Below are positions 62,918 to 64,000 of a DNA stretch of 64,000 nucleotides, piece after piece. This DNA is from Asterias rubens (taxonomy: Eukaryota): positions 372,001 through 436,000 of the forward strand of contig NW_022985697.1 of the NCBI RefSeq assembly GCF_902459465.1. Reading direction: 5' to 3'. The notes below the pieces were generated by a model that saw only the letters and a program-made list of their open reading frames with translations, searched no databases and was not told the origin of the DNA. Positions within the stretch are counted from its first letter, which is position 1, and the number at the start of each line of letters is the position of its first letter. The position numbers and the translations under genes are program-made.

Positions 62918-63668
62918 TTAAGTTCACCCAGGAGTATAAATGGTTACCTGCGAGGGTAGAGGTTGATATTGTGTGGATTCAAATCCCCCAGAGCGTGGGA
63001 GGATCCAGAAAAAAGCTCTTCAGGTTGAAATTCAGTTCTACATAAATCATTGATGCGAGTTTGCACCCAAATAATGCTAAAGGCCACTATTGGTAAGGCG
63101 CTGCTAGATGAAATACTACTAAAAGATAAAAATAAGTCAGGGGAGCTGAAGGCAGAAATACATGTTCCTCTTGAAAAAGTCTAGATTTTAGGATGGTGGG
63201 AAATATGCACCAGGGAGGTTCCAAAACAATAACTGGTAACAGAGACGCTAGATACGACTGTTGGAATAAATGAAGTCGTTCTTAACTTAATTCATAAATT
63301 AAATTCTTAATTTATTCATAAATGTAAAATGCAAAAGAAGGGAGATGGTACTAATAGAATGACTAAACGGAAAGACCATTAATGGGCTTTCATGTATGTA
63401 TATTGCAACACACAGATCAATTAATCACTCGTTTATTTCTGCATTGCTAATGAGGCCTCTTTTTGTTTGCCTCATTTGGGGACCGTGTTAGAATTCAACC
63501 ATTATGGGAGTTAATGTAATTACAGTTCTGAGGCGATTTCAATTTGCTTAAAATAGCTTTTAAAGACAACTCAAATGAAATTGGCAACTTGTGATTGTTT
63601 CTGGAGATCAGGTAACAAGTGCTCAATCAAAACAGAAATTGAGTTCATGTGAGGTTAAGATGTGAGCC

Positions 63669-63749
63669 CTATAGCCCATACAATACAGGGCTTTTCTATA
63701 GCCCATACAATACAGAGCTTTTCTATAGCCCATACAATACAGGGCTTTT
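63669..63749. repeat. 27-bp minisatellite, 3 copies
   Basis: Unit CTATAGCCCATACAATACAGGGCTTTT. Confidence 0.9.
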
Positions 63750-64000
63750 CTGGCAAAACACTATAATGGTCATATTGGAAAGGTTTACATTTGTTGTCAT
63801 AATTTCCGCATAAATTAAAGAGTTGTAAAAGTATGCTTAAACAAGTTAAGAGATGTGCCCCTTTTGCGATGTGCTCCCTTTCGCTGGTTCAAATTATGCT
63901 TCAGTCATTTAGTTCTTTGTTCAACCAAAAATGCAATAAATTCATTGCTGTTTATAATTATGCACTTAATATTACTTTGGCTCTAAAGGGTTTTAAAAAT

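Noticed and set aside
62990-63200. Short coding-looking stretch (GKALLDEILLKDKNKSGELKAE) as the missing FHIT exon
   Set aside because: It has no similarity to the FHIT C-terminus and no in-phase acceptor.

Overview
This is AT-rich, intron-containing animal (eukaryotic) DNA, not prokaryotic; almost all short ORFs in the supplied track are noise. The gene content and repeat landscape suggest a marine invertebrate deuterostome, probably an echinoderm such as a sea star (inference). I reconstructed five genes by hand from splice sites and reading-frame continuity. (1) A 6-exon, 228-aa secreted, Cys-rich, probably GPI-anchored protein of unknown family (minus, 2813-11366). (2) TAMM41, head-to-head with it (plus, 8 coding exons, 329 aa). 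(3) A 12-coding-exon, ~359-aa WD40 protein (minus, 24164-56126) with a ~24-kb intron. (4) A 906-aa LRR-Ig-FN3-TM receptor with an uninterrupted CDS, nested antisense in that intron beside a 32 x 76-bp satellite. (5) FHIT, head-to-head with the WD40 gene; its last exon was not found in the window. Two possible terminal exons of a sixth gene lie at the left edge. The non-coding DNA holds TTAA-flanked Kolobok-like and piggyBac-like MITEs, tRNA-derived SINEs, an L2-type LINE tail, foldback elements and minisatellites. The most notable non-genic signal is a set of minimal type-I hammerhead-ribozyme-like motifs of the Penelope-associated kind. These include a ~126-bp inverted-repeat element carrying a variant (U3-A8) hammerhead on each strand. 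All copies carry core mutations, so activity is not claimed.
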